Under the pieces are notes generated by a model. It was not told the origin of the DNA. It saw nothing but the letters and a program-made list of their open reading frames with translations, and searched no databases. From positions 256,001 to 320,000 of the forward strand of contig OY843768.1 of assembly GCA_963693095.2 (NCBI GenBank): 64,000 bases of DNA, in the 5' to 3' direction. The stretch is from Cenarchaeum sp. (lineage in GTDB: Archaea > Thermoproteota > Nitrososphaeria > Nitrososphaerales > Nitrosopumilaceae). Below, piece by piece: positions 9,901 to 18,818 of the stretch. Position numbers and translations under genes: made by a program. Position 1 is the first letter of the stretch. Each line of letters begins with the position of its first letter.

Positions 9901-10773
9901 GCCCCCGCCCCCCTGCCAGACCCTGATCCGGATCCAAAGTTCGTCTCCTACATGACGCAGGGCGACGACCCGCAGGTCTATGTCGGCAGATACTTTTCAG
10001 ACCCAGCCTACAAGGCGTGGTTTGACACGTCGTTCCCCGACCTCACGATACAGCAGGCAGCCGGACTGGCCGCAGACGTGCCGATTATGCTGGCCGCTGC
10101 CCCGCAGCCCGACCCCGACCCCGAGTTTGTCCCCTACATGACTGCAGGTGACGATCCGGCAACATATGTCGAGCGCTACAACACGGATACGTCATACAGT
10201 GAGTGGTTTGACACGTCGTTCCCGGACCTCACGATAGAGCAGGCGACCGGATACGTAAAGCCTGTTTCCATCTCGTGTGCGCCGGGCACCGAGATGATCA
10301 ACGGCAAGTGCGTGCCAATAAAGTCATCACCGGTTCCGGCTCCGGCAGTGGGCGGATGCCTCATAGCGACTGCCGCGTACGGGACGGAGCTTGCACCACA
10401 TGTCCAGGCACTGCGCGAGGTTCGCGACTCGACGCTCCTGACGACTGCATCAGGCACGTCGTTCATGTCGGCGTTCAACGGCATCTATTACACGTTCTCG
10501 CCGACAGTTGCGGACTGGGAGAGGCAGAGCCCCGAGCTGCGCGCAGCAGTCCGCGCGGCGATCACGCCGATGGTCATGTCACTCTCGATAATGTCGGTGG
10601 CCCCTGACGGCTCGGAGTCTGGCGTCCTGGCCCTCGGCCTGGCCGTCATTGCGCTAAACGTCGGCATGTACGTCGCCGCGCCGGCCGGAGTGGCCCTGGC
10701 GGCCCGATCCGCGATCCTGCGCCGAAAGGGGGTTTTGGTGCGGAAGGTGGGATTCGAACCCACGTACCCCTAA
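6955..10773 (+). CDS. Large surface protein: signal peptide, Ig/cadherin-like domains, Pro/Ala-rich linkers, tandem ~45-aa modules, C-terminal CFI-box-CTERM anchor
   Basis: Signal peptide ending AEA; repeated 'GARI..DG.FTWTP' Ig-like motifs; C-terminal 'GGCLIATAAYGTELAPHVQALRE.RD' followed by a TM helix. True start may be 6981 or 6993. Confidence 0.85.
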   Translation: MECDALASPWIALMAVLAALAAVALVAPAEAAVSTLVADETSYAAGTSMTLSGKNSGGTGQLVSLTIEPPTGPDVHCAGLVDYCKSDVTDRDGNYEFAGISVDDAFGADGTYKLYAYAGSLNKDTAQILLVSKSDGTVTVIGGELEIRDISRRSARALSELTFTANVEGSSDGVTFSLKSPVPDGARIASDGEFTWTPIPSDVSTRLYDVTIVATGRGQTAEKTVEIMVSARQATSGTGVTSVTTDQTTYSRTESIVFSGTTEGGSTGDRVKLRIDYPTASDAAGEIADQITANTLANGNFVMDALSVSSTFGSITGEYIVSAYTDEQRLTNAHVSYITYSNNRVEFTGSRFALEDIPRQETIVGSRVAFLAEPSDASFQNVDYNLPTKPSGARIDDDGVFTWTPRASDAGSGTSAKEHPVTISAEVGSGDSRQTATKDVIIAVKAAPANAPAPTAQGGGSQEPATPPSGTSPDTESRVLTFKTDAVSYDKDDRIIFSGTTEGVAVREPVSIVIKPPTGKDKIRTGLATADNTFTTLGIDVSDAFKRTGVYTIQAFTPDQSASNAVTLQMEYKNDRVSVKFESPLVIASIPNQSVEVGSRLTFTAAPTESSYTGLTWSLGGIPLDGATISDRGVFEWTPQTLRNAQGESFQIMVKATDGQQSTGTTVMIAVTPKAAAPEPTPPTTAPTPAPTPTPTPTAPEPAPTAPAPAPAPDPLAAKRTQFLTTVQGATPQSLIDRYENDAGYKTWYDDNFAGLDIREALGVTLATPPPAPAGPDPRFVSSMTQGDDPQVYVDRYNSEPAYKAWFDSAFPDLTIQQAAGLATAAPTPAAPAAPAPLPDPDPDPRFVSSMTQGDDPQVYVDRYNSEPAYKAWFDSAFPDLTIQQAAGLATAAPAPAAPAAPAAPAAPAPLPDPDPDPRFVSSMTQGDDPQVYVDRYNSEPAYKAWFDSAFPDLTIQQAAGLATAAPTPAAPAEPAVPAAPAAPAPLPDPDPDPKFVSYMTQGDDPQVYVGRYFSDPAYKAWFDTSFPDLTIQQAAGLAADVPIMLAAAPQPDPDPEFVPYMTAGDDPATYVERYNTDTSYSEWFDTSFPDLTIEQATGYVKPVSISCAPGTEMINGKCVPIKSSPVPAPAVGGCLIATAAYGTELAPHVQALREVRDSTLLTTASGTSFMSAFNGIYYTFSPTVADWERQSPELRAAVRAAITPMVMSLSIMSVAPDGSESGVLALGLAVIALNVGMYVAAPAGVALAARSAILRRKGVLVRKVGFEPTYP
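9091..10250 (+). repeat. Intragenic tandem modules (five close copies plus one degenerate) of 'DPRFVSSMTQGDDPQVYVDRYNSEPAYKAWFDSAFPDLTIQQAAGL'
   Basis: Copies start near 9281, 9481, 9700, 9928 and 10114. The first three are nearly identical in DNA and are separated by variable-length PA-rich linkers. Confidence 0.9.
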
Positions 10774-10823
10774 GAGACAGGGACCTAAACCCTGCGCCGT
10801 TGACCTGGCTTGGCGACTCCCGC
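10736..10823 (-). tRNA. tRNA-Leu (anticodon TAG), CCA encoded
   Basis: Reverse complement: acceptor GCGGGAG...CTTCCGC-ACCA, anticodon arm CAGGG-TTTAGGT-CCCTG, long variable arm, T-loop GGTTCGAATCC. Confidence 0.95.
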
Positions 10824-10873
10824 GCCCACGCGTGCGCAAAACACAAATTTATCTATATTGGGCACGCCGCTTC

Positions 10874-12211
10874 ATGGGCCTCTTTGGCACCAACGGCGTG
10901 CGTGGGATTCTCGGCGAGGGCCTGACCCTGGGCGGCATCCACGGCATCGCCATGTCGATGGCGACTCATATCGGGCGTGGTCCGATCCTCGTCGGCCGTG
11001 ACGGGCGCGACACGAGCGGGCCAATATCCTCGATGGTCCTCTCGTCTCTTCGCTATGCGGGCATTGCGTGCGCCGATGCCGGCCTTGTCCCGACGCCATG
11101 CCTGCAGCTTGCAGTCAGGAACCTTGGATATGCCGGCGGGATCATGGCGACTGCGTCACACAACCCGCCCGAGTATGGCGGGCTAAAGCTGGTCTGGCAT
11201 GACGGTATAGAGGCCTCGCGCGATGACGAGGCCGCCGTTGAGCGCATCTATGGCGCGCGCTCATGGCATGCGGCATCCGCATGGGGTGCCGAGTCTGTTG
11301 AAAGCCGTGCGCTTGAGACGTACCGGCGCGGCATTGCGTCAATGGTAGACACTGCGGCGATCGCGCGCTCTGGGCTGCGCATTGCTCTCGACCTTGGAAA
11401 TGGCGCACAGGTAGCAGCCGCCAGGGACGTGCTGTCTGGCATATGTGACAATGTGGTGTGCATCAATGACGAGATTGACCCAAACTTTTCTGGACGCGGT
11501 CCGGAACCGCGGCCTGACAACCTGTCAGCCTTGTCAGATGCGGTCTGCGACTCTGGTGCTGACATTGGAGTGGCGTTTGACGGGGATGGTGACCGGAGCA
11601 TGATGTGCGATGAGCGCGGCAGCATACTAAGCGGTGACACGTCCGCACTATTTCTCGTGGCGCACCTGCTGCGCCACAACGAGTCCTCTGAGATTGTCAC
11701 GCCGATAAACTCTGGCGACGCAATAGAGGAGATTGCCAAAGATTCGCACTCGCGCGTGATCCGAACCGGTGTCGGCAGCGTGACAGTCTCTCGCGAGATG
11801 GCACGCCGCGGCGCACTCGCCGGCTTTGAGGAGAATGGCGGATTCATGTACGGCCCACACCTTCCGGTTCGCGACGGCTGCATGGCCGCAGCACTTGCGC
11901 TCGAGGCCCTCGCCGAGTCAGCACCACTCTCCTCGGCAGTCGCTGCGCTCCCAAAGTCGTTCACCGCCAAGACTAGCGTGCGATGCCCGCCGGATCGCGC
12001 CGGTGCTGCCCTTGCGGCCATAAAGGCTGCGCACCCCGATGCGGACACGCGCGACGGCGTAAAGGTCCGTCTGGGCCGCCGGCGCTGGGTCATGGCTCGT
12101 CGCAGCGGAACCGAGCCCATAGTGCGCATATACGCCGAGTCTGACTCGTCATATGGCCTCGAGGAGCTCCTATCTCGGTACTCGGCAATGGTTGCTGACT
12201 CGCTCGGATAG
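10874..12211 (+). CDS. glmM: Phosphoglucosamine mutase / phosphohexomutase
   Basis: 'LFGTNGVRG', 'TASHNPPEY', 'FDGDGDR', 'GFEENGG', 'RRSGTEP.VRIYAE'. Confidence 0.85.
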   Translation: MGLFGTNGVRGILGEGLTLGGIHGIAMSMATHIGRGPILVGRDGRDTSGPISSMVLSSLRYAGIACADAGLVPTPCLQLAVRNLGYAGGIMATASHNPPEYGGLKLVWHDGIEASRDDEAAVERIYGARSWHAASAWGAESVESRALETYRRGIASMVDTAAIARSGLRIALDLGNGAQVAAARDVLSGICDNVVCINDEIDPNFSGRGPEPRPDNLSALSDAVCDSGADIGVAFDGDGDRSMMCDERGSILSGDTSALFLVAHLLRHNESSEIVTPINSGDAIEEIAKDSHSRVIRTGVGSVTVSREMARRGALAGFEENGGFMYGPHLPVRDGCMAAALALEALAESAPLSSAVAALPKSFTAKTSVRCPPDRAGAALAAIKAAHPDADTRDGVKVRLGRRRWVMARRSGTEPIVRIYAESDSSYGLEELLSRYSAMVADSLG

Positions 12212-12352
12212 TGGCCGCCACAGTCGACGGGGTCGGCTGGTGGGGATGCGACTTTTGGGGCTCGCACGTGCCCTGTCGCATGGCGTGCTGCGCCTCCGGA
12301 ATGCGCCTGAATGGGAATAAAGGGTTAAATGATCTGCTGATGCCCTCGTGCC

Positions 12353-12480
12353 TAGGCAGGACGTATACAGTTACCCCTGCTTAGGGTTCGGCAGCCCCGC
12401 GTTGGGGGGGCTGTCCTACCTGCTCATATCAGGTGGATTTGTGAGCTCCTCGGGTCTCTCCGGGGCGCATGGCCAACTAT
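12353..12480 (+). ncRNA. Candidate structured non-coding RNA or long leader upstream of rpl7ae
   Basis: Own BRE/TATA-like element (AAAGGGTTAAAT, about 12320-12330). Several hairpins: TAGGCAGGAC/GTCCTACCTG, CCCT-GCTT-AGGG, GGCAGCCCC/GGGGCTGTC, ACCTG-CTCATAT-CAGGT. Confidence 0.35.
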
Positions 12481-12530
12481 GACCCAGCCAACACTTTTAA
12501 CCCCTCTAGCGCGCCCGTGCGCTCGGAGAA

Positions 12531-12917
12531 ATGGCAAAGTCATACTATGTCAAGTTCGAGACGCCCTCAAACCTCGTGAGCCCAATCCTCGAGGCCGTAA
12601 AGGCGTCGGCCCAGACGGGCAAGGTCAAAAAGGGCACCAACGAGGTCACAAAGGCCATCGAGCGCGGCCAGAGCAAGCTCGTCATAGTCGCCGAGGACGT
12701 CGAGCCCCCAGAGGTCGTCGCGCACCTCCCGATACTCTGCGAGGAGCAGGGCGCGCACTATGCGTTCGTGCCCTCAAAGCAGGACCTTGGCAAGGCCCTC
12801 GGCATAGACATCATCGCCGCGGCTGCGGCAATAATAGATCCAGGCGAGTCAAAGCAGATAGTCGAGCAGGTCATAGAGTCGATCACTGGCCTAAAGGGCG
12901 GCAGTGATTCCAAATGA
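12531..12917 (+). CDS. rpl7ae: 50S ribosomal protein L7Ae
   Basis: '[37 protein letters not shown]'. Confidence 0.97.
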   Translation: MAKSYYVKFETPSNLVSPILEAVKASAQTGKVKKGTNEVTKAIERGQSKLVIVAEDVEPPEVVAHLPILCEEQGAHYAFVPSKQDLGKALGIDIIAAAAAIIDPGESKQIVEQVIESITGLKGGSDSK

Positions 12918-13135
12918 AGGCCGTCGCCTCCACTGATGACTCGATAACTCCCGCAGAGGTGATCCAGATTGTTGGCCGGACCGGCATCGCCGGCGAGGTC
13001 ATACAGGTTCGCGTAAAGATACTTGGCGGGAGCGACCAGGGTCGCATCCTCACGCGCAACATAAAGGGGTCTGTGCGCATGGGCGACACGCTCATGCTGC
13101 GCGAGACAGAGCGCGAGGCCAAGAAGATAAAGTAG
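12914..13135 (+). CDS. rps28e: 30S ribosomal protein S28e
   Basis: '[17 protein letters not shown]...[23 protein letters not shown]'. Confidence 0.97.
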   Translation: MKAVASTDDSITPAEVIQIVGRTGIAGEVIQVRVKILGGSDQGRILTRNIKGSVRMGDTLMLRETEREAKKIK

Positions 13136-13139
13136 GTGA

Positions 13140-13346
13140 ATGCCGTTGAGCCTTCTAGTAAAGCCATGCAGCTTTTGCAACCGTCCAGTCGCCAAGGGGT
13201 CAGGAACGATGCTAGTGAAGAACGACGGGACTGTCCTGTGGCTCTGCTCCTCAAAGTGCCGCAAGAACATGCTTGTGCTAAAGCGCGATCCCCGCAAGCT
13301 AAAGTGGACAAAAAAGTACGTAAAGGGAGGCATACGCCGTAGTTGA
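13140..13346 (+). CDS. rpl24e: 50S ribosomal protein L24e
   Basis: 'CSFC....KGSG.MLVKNDG....CSSKC.KN...RDPRKLKWT'. Confidence 0.97.
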   Translation: MPLSLLVKPCSFCNRPVAKGSGTMLVKNDGTVLWLCSSKCRKNMLVLKRDPRKLKWTKKYVKGGIRRS

Positions 13347-13747
13347 GCAGCGGGCGCACGCTCATTGTGATAAAGCCTGATGGCGTAAAGAGGGGACTCG
13401 TCGGCAGCGTGCTGGCGCGCTTTGAGCAAAAGGGCTTTGCGATCGCCGAGCTACGCATGTTCCAGTTTTCAGCAGACCAGGCAAAAGAGTTCTATTCGCC
13501 GCACAGCTCCAAGCACTTTTTTGGCGAGCTCGTGTCGTTTGTGACATCAGGCCGCGTTGTGGCCGCAATACTCGAGGGCAATGACGCCATAGCGGCGACG
13601 CGCCTCATGATCGGCGCGACAAAGTCGTCTGAGGCGGCCCCCGGCTCGGTCAGGGGCGACTTTGGCCTCGGCTTTACTGACAATATCATACACGCCTCGG
13701 ATTCAGAGCCGAGCTTTGACAGAGAGTCCCGTGTGGTGTTCGGGTGA
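13343..13747 (+). CDS. ndk: Nucleoside diphosphate kinase
   Basis: '[15 protein letters not shown]...PGSVRGDF...NIIHASDS'. Confidence 0.97.
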   Translation: MSSGRTLIVIKPDGVKRGLVGSVLARFEQKGFAIAELRMFQFSADQAKEFYSPHSSKHFFGELVSFVTSGRVVAAILEGNDAIAATRLMIGATKSSEAAPGSVRGDFGLGFTDNIIHASDSEPSFDRESRVVFG

Positions 13748-13753
13748 TCGGCC

Positions 13754-15535
13754 TTGCGCGTTCGGCAGCCAATCGTGGCCGTCCTCGGCCATGTAGACTC
13801 GGGCAAGACGTCCCTGCTTGACACGGTTCGCGGCACGGGCGTGCAGGGCCGCGAGGCCGGCGGCATCACGCAGCACATAGGCGCGAGCTTTTTGCCGGCC
13901 GAGACGCTTCGCGAGTCGTGCGGTTCGCTGTATGGCCGGCTAGAGTCCTCTGACTTTCAGGTGCCCGGCCTGCTCGTCATCGACACGCCGGGCCACGAGG
14001 TCTTTCGCAACCTGCGCACGCGCGGGGGCTCGGCTGCTGACATTGCGATCCTCGTCGTGGACGCCAACAAGGGCTTTCAGATGCAGACCAATGAGAGCCT
14101 CGACATACTGCGCAGGCGCGGCGTGCCCTTTGTGGTCGCGCTAAACAAGGTCGACGCGCTAGGCGGTTGGCGCAGCACGGAGACCGAGTCGATAACCGAG
14201 TCGCTAAAGGCGCAGGGCGAGTCGATGCGCGCGACGCTTGATGAAAAGATATACGCAGTCGTCGGCTCGCTCTCGGTCCTGGGCTACGAGTCTGAGGCGT
14301 TCTGGCGCGTCGGGGACTTTAAGCGGCAGGTCGCCATAGTTCCGGTCTCGGCGCGCACGCGCGTCGGCATACCGGAGCTCCTCACGGTTCTCGTGGGCCT
14401 TGCACAACAGTACCTCCAAAAGCGCCTCGAGCAGTCATCAAAGGAGTCCCATGGGATCGTCCTTGAGGTCAATGACGAGCCCGGCCTCGGCGAGACGGCC
14501 AACGTCATGCTAATTGACGGCTCGCTTGGAATGGGCGACACGGTGATTGCCGCGACGCGCGACTCGGCAATATCGACGCGCCCGCGCGCAATACTCTTGC
14601 CAAAGCCGCTCGACGAGATGCGCGACCCGCGCGACCGCTTTCTTCCTGTCGAGCGAGTCGATGCGGCTGCCGGAGTAAAGATAGCATCACCGGGTCTCGC
14701 CGGCGTCCTGCCGGGCAGCACAATGTATGTTGCGGCCGATGCCGCCGCAATTGAGCGGCACAAGTCGGAGATCATCTCGGAGATAGGCTCGGTCTTTATC
14801 GACACAAAGACGACTGGCGTGATTGTAAAGTGCGACACGATAGGCTCCCTTGAGGCGCTCACAGAGATGATCTCCTCGGGTGCCACGGCAGTCTCAAAGG
14901 CAGACATTGGGGCAGTCACAAAGCGCGATGTCGCCGAGGCCCGCGCGATCAAGGAGCGCGACAGGCACCTGGGCGTCATACTCGCGTTTAATGTAAAGAT
15001 CCTGCCTGATGCGCGCGAGGAGGCCGCAGTCCACCATGTGCGCATATTTGAGAACCGCGTGATATACGAGCTAGTCGACTCGTACACGCGCTGGGTCGGC
15101 GAGGACTCGGCCAACATTGAGGATGCGATATTCTCCGAGATCACGCCAATCTCGCGCTTTACGTTCCTTGACGGGTGCGCGTTTCGCAACAGCGGGCCGG
15201 CCGTCTTTGGCGTGCGCGTCGATGTTGGCCTGCTGCGCCAAAAGGTCCAGTTTATGGATCCCACGGGGAGGCGCGTGGGCACGATACACCAGCTCCAGCG
15301 CGACAAAAAGCCAGTCGACTCGGCGCGCGCCGGCGAGGAGCTCGCATGCTCGGTCAACGGCGTGACTATCGGGAGGCAGCTCATAGAGGGCACGACATAC
15401 TATACGCTGCCGACATCCTCTGAGGCAAAAAAGCTCCTCGCCGCATTCCTGCACCGCCTGTCGAGTGACGAAAAGACCACGCTCAACGAGGTCGTCGAGG
15501 CGCAGCGCGCGCGCGATGCCGCATACGCGTACTAG
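13754..15535 (+). CDS. infB: Translation initiation factor aIF5B (IF-2)
   Basis: '[16 protein letters not shown]', '[11 protein letters not shown]', 'DTPGHE', 'NKVD'. Confidence 0.97.
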   Translation: MRVRQPIVAVLGHVDSGKTSLLDTVRGTGVQGREAGGITQHIGASFLPAETLRESCGSLYGRLESSDFQVPGLLVIDTPGHEVFRNLRTRGGSAADIAILVVDANKGFQMQTNESLDILRRRGVPFVVALNKVDALGGWRSTETESITESLKAQGESMRATLDEKIYAVVGSLSVLGYESEAFWRVGDFKRQVAIVPVSARTRVGIPELLTVLVGLAQQYLQKRLEQSSKESHGIVLEVNDEPGLGETANVMLIDGSLGMGDTVIAATRDSAISTRPRAILLPKPLDEMRDPRDRFLPVERVDAAAGVKIASPGLAGVLPGSTMYVAADAAAIERHKSEIISEIGSVFIDTKTTGVIVKCDTIGSLEALTEMISSGATAVSKADIGAVTKRDVAEARAIKERDRHLGVILAFNVKILPDAREEAAVHHVRIFENRVIYELVDSYTRWVGEDSANIEDAIFSEITPISRFTFLDGCAFRNSGPAVFGVRVDVGLLRQKVQFMDPTGRRVGTIHQLQRDKKPVDSARAGEELACSVNGVTIGRQLIEGTTYYTLPTSSEAKKLLAAFLHRLSSDEKTTLNEVVEAQRARDAAYAY

Positions 15536-15930
15536 GCGAGGCGCGCGGCAAGTCCCCGCAGGCCGGCCGCACCGATGGCGCCTACTGCGCGCGTGACCTC
15601 GCGGCCCTTTGAGAACGCGATGAACGTAGGTATCGACTGGACGCCGAGACGCTGCGCGACGGGCTGGCAAGAGTCGATATTGACGCGCGCGACTCGTACG
15701 CGGCCGGCGAGCTCGGCGGCCACGGCCTCCACTGTCGGATGCATTGACCTGCATGGGCCGCACCACTCTGCCCAAAAGTCCACAATGACTGGAAGCTCGC
15801 CGTTTATTGCCGCATCAAATGAGGCTGCGTCAAGCTCGACGACGCCGGCCGGCTCGGGAGGCCTGGATGCCTCCTCGACCATCCTGCGCATCTTTTGTCG
15901 CATGATCGCCTCTACCTCGGGGTCTTCCAT
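15532..15930 (-). CDS. trxA: Thioredoxin
   Basis: 'VDFWAEWCGPC' active site; start moved to the ATG at 15930. Confidence 0.92.
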   Translation of the reverse strand: MEDPEVEAIMRQKMRRMVEEASRPPEPAGVVELDAASFDAAINGELPVIVDFWAEWCGPCRSMHPTVEAVAAELAGRVRVARVNIDSCQPVAQRLGVQSIPTFIAFSKGREVTRAVGAIGAAGLRGLAARLA

Positions 15931-16029
15931 GCGGCGCGCCGGACGGCGGGCTGTATTTAACGCATGGCCGCCTGCCATGCCGTGTCGCGCCAAAAAGGCT
16001 TATGACGAGTGCCGCGCCGACTGCCCCTA

Positions 16030-16785
16030 ATGATCGAGGACTCGTGGCTTGTCCTGGTAGGCCTTGCAGCCGGCATGGTCGGCTCCACAGTCGGCCTCGG
16101 GGGAGGCCTCATCGTGACGCCGGTCCTCGTCTCGGCCGGATTTGCGCCGGCAGTCGCGGCGGCCAACAGCCTCTTTGTCTCGCTTGGCAACGCGACGGCC
16201 TCGACTGTGTCGTACTGGAGGCAGGGGCGGGTTCGCACCCATGCCCTCTTTCGCATCACAGTTGCCGCCGTGCCGGGCACGGCCGTCGGCGCACTTGCGT
16301 CTGATGCGATACTCCCGTCGTCGTTCAAGGCGCTCTTTGCGGTACTCCTCGTCGCGTGCATCGTCTACATGATGACGCGCCGGCGCGTCACAAGCTCGGA
16401 TGCGCCACCGGCAGCACCATTTGCGCTACTTGGAATGTCTGCGAGCTTTTTTGCAGGCGTCATGTCGAGCTTTTTTGGCATCGGCGGTGGAATCATATTC
16501 GTCCCGCTCCTCCTGGCGATCCTTGGGCTGACGATGCGCGATGCAGTCGCGACCTCGCAGGCGATACTGATTCCAGTCTCGCTTGCCGGCGTCATCTCGC
16601 ACACGCTCCTGGGACATCCGGACTATTACCAGGCAATGCTCCTGATGGCCGGCGCGATGGTTGGCGGGTACATTGGCGCGCGCATGTCAGCGCGCGCACA
16701 GGACCGCCCGCTTCGCATACTCGCGTCTGTCGTCATGGGACTCGCGGCAATAAAGCTCGCACTAGACTCGGTGGCCGAGGCCTAG
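16030..16785 (+). CDS. TauE/SafE (TSUP) family membrane transporter
   Basis: Two 'G.GGG.I..P.L' repeats and multiple TM helices. Confidence 0.88.
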   Translation: MIEDSWLVLVGLAAGMVGSTVGLGGGLIVTPVLVSAGFAPAVAAANSLFVSLGNATASTVSYWRQGRVRTHALFRITVAAVPGTAVGALASDAILPSSFKALFAVLLVACIVYMMTRRRVTSSDAPPAAPFALLGMSASFFAGVMSSFFGIGGGIIFVPLLLAILGLTMRDAVATSQAILIPVSLAGVISHTLLGHPDYYQAMLLMAGAMVGGYIGARMSARAQDRPLRILASVVMGLAAIKLALDSVAEA

Positions 16786-18539
16786 GAGCGCGACTCGTCG
16801 GTGCAAAAGACGACCTCTGATGAGGACGCCGCACCATCAGAGAGCGCATAGTCGAGCACGTCGGCGATCCTCTCGGTGCTCGCCTCGGCCCCGCCGGCCG
16901 AGCCCGGAAGGGCCACGAACGCCCTCATCCCTGCGCCTAGCACGTCGGCGAGCTCTTGGTTTACCGTGGCCGCAAACGGCCTCAGCGCGCCGCGAAAGAC
17001 CTCGGCGCGCGCAGACTCTGCCCTCGGCGCCCTCTTGCCAGACGGCAGTGAGGGCCCTACTAGCAAGAGCGCGCCGCCGGCCCCGCCGTAGAGGCGCGGA
17101 TCCTTGCCGCCGCCGGGAACCATGGCCTCCATGCCTGCGCGCATCGTGCGGGCCGGCCCGCAGAGAAACCTCTCGACTAGCGCGTCCCAGCCGGCCCTGT
17201 CAAGGGAGCAGAGGCGCGAGCCGGCCGGAACGTTGCCCGTGACGTGGACGACTCCGGCGATGCCGCCGGCCATCGACGATGCGGCCTGGAGCCATCGCGA
17301 GACCTCCTCGGCCCTTGTGATGTCAGCCGTATGCGAGTGGAACGCCTCGAGTCCTGCGCGCATGTCCGGCGGCACGCCGGCCCCAATCACAATGACTGCC
17401 TTGCCGCCGTGCGACTCTGCCCTCTTGGCGAGCTCGACTGCGGCATCGCAGCCTGCGGCGTCTGTTGCGCCGACCACGATAACGACTGCCCTGCCGCCAA
17501 GGTCGCCGGCCTCAACTCGCGGTGCCGGCCCGCCAATGTGCGGCCTCACCGGATAGAATACCCTGTCGCCGGGGATCACCTTTCCGTTGATCGTTGCAGC
17601 AAGTCGCGGCTCGCATAGCGCAACAACGGTTAGGGCGACCTGGTCCTGTGAGAGGAACTGCCCGTCGGCTATCATGCCTGCCGTGTTCTTTTGTATCTTT
17701 TCGGCCACCTTTGAGACCTTTTCGAGCAGGGATGTCATGGTGCCGGCGTCACCTGATGGCACCTCGGATGCGGCCTGCTCGGATGCGGCCTTTACGGTCT
17801 TTTCATCCTCGCCTAGTGCTGGCAAGAGTATGGCGCACGCGCGCTCGACGTCTGCCGGCGGCATGTCGCCAAACCCGCCAACGCGCATAAACTCTGCGGC
17901 AGCCTTTGGGTACACTGTCTTGTATATGCGATCAGAGTGGACCGGTCCGGGGTTTGTCGCAATCGAGATGATGCCCTCTTCGACGAGCTCGACAGAGAGT
18001 GCCTCGGCCAGGCGGTTCTTTGCGCCCTGGGCCGCAGTGTATGGCGTCCTGAACCTGTATGGCCTCTGCTCTAGTGGGCGCTCTTCGGCAAAGAACGTCG
18101 TTATCGTCAGAATGATGCCGCCCTTGCCCATGACCCTCATGGCCTGCGCTGATGTCCAGAACGTGCCAGTCAGGTGTATGGCCACTGCGGACTCGAAATC
18201 CTCCTCGGACGCGTTGGCAAAGCATGTGACAGGTCCGGAGACACCGGCGTTGTTGACTAGAATGTCGACCCTTGCGCCGTCTCGCTCCAGCTCGTCGAAC
18301 ATCTTTGTGACTGCGCCCGCATCGGCCACGTCGACTCCGGGGAACATTTTGATCTTGCCGCCGCGCCCCGCCCTTGCCGCAATGGCCTCCAGCTCGCGCA
18401 TTGCGGCCTCGAGTGGCTCGCGGCGCCTGCCGAGTATGATTATGCTGGCCCCGCGCTCGGCCATGGCCTTTGATATGGCAAGGCCGATCCCGGTCCCGCT
18501 GCCGGTTATGAGCGCGGTTCGGCCCCCAAAGTCCTCCAT
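16782..18539 (-). CDS. Extended two-domain SDR oxidoreductase
   Basis: TGSGTGIG, VNNAG, 'PGPVHSDRI', atypical catalytic YTAAQ, degenerate second Rossmann domain. Confidence 0.8.
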   Translation of the reverse strand: MEDFGGRTALITGSGTGIGLAISKAMAERGASIIILGRRREPLEAAMRELEAIAARAGRGGKIKMFPGVDVADAGAVTKMFDELERDGARVDILVNNAGVSGPVTCFANASEEDFESAVAIHLTGTFWTSAQAMRVMGKGGIILTITTFFAEERPLEQRPYRFRTPYTAAQGAKNRLAEALSVELVEEGIISIATNPGPVHSDRIYKTVYPKAAAEFMRVGGFGDMPPADVERACAILLPALGEDEKTVKAASEQAASEVPSGDAGTMTSLLEKVSKVAEKIQKNTAGMIADGQFLSQDQVALTVVALCEPRLAATINGKVIPGDRVFYPVRPHIGGPAPRVEAGDLGGRAVVIVVGATDAAGCDAAVELAKRAESHGGKAVIVIGAGVPPDMRAGLEAFHSHTADITRAEEVSRWLQAASSMAGGIAGVVHVTGNVPAGSRLCSLDRAGWDALVERFLCGPARTMRAGMEAMVPGGGKDPRLYGGAGGALLLVGPSLPSGKRAPRAESARAEVFRGALRPFAATVNQELADVLGAGMRAFVALPGSAGGAEASTERIADVLDYALSDGAASSSEVVFCTDESRS

Positions 18540-18818
18540 TATGGGGCGCGTGCCTGCCGCGCATTATTTAATTGGATTGTCGCACATGGGGTATGGTGCC
18601 CGCATCCCTGCCCGTTTGGTCAAATGGGCTCGATCCTGTCAGTCCATTTACCGTAGTGGCTCCCGCCGGGGCGTGCGGCGAACAGGGGATGGTGTGCGGC
18701 GCCTGGCCATAATTGCCATGGTGCGCAGGCAAATGACTTGCCGTCGCGTGCCCGCAGGCGCACCTGCAATGGCCAAGATCAGAAACCATTTTATCACAAG
18801 CGGGGCAATCTCTGCACC

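Noticed and set aside
9281-10250. Repeat-spacer-like pattern as CRISPR or DGR template/variable repeats
   Set aside because: The repeats are about 140 bp protein-coding modules with Pro/Ala linkers. Differences are not adenine-specific and there is no reverse transcriptase in the window.
10736-10823. tRNA-Leu as the integration site of an island
   Set aside because: No duplicated tRNA 3' end or integrase is found in the window.
12353-12480. 5S rRNA, SRP RNA or RNase P RNA
   Set aside because: The hallmark motifs of each are missing on both strands; kept only as an unassigned ncRNA candidate.
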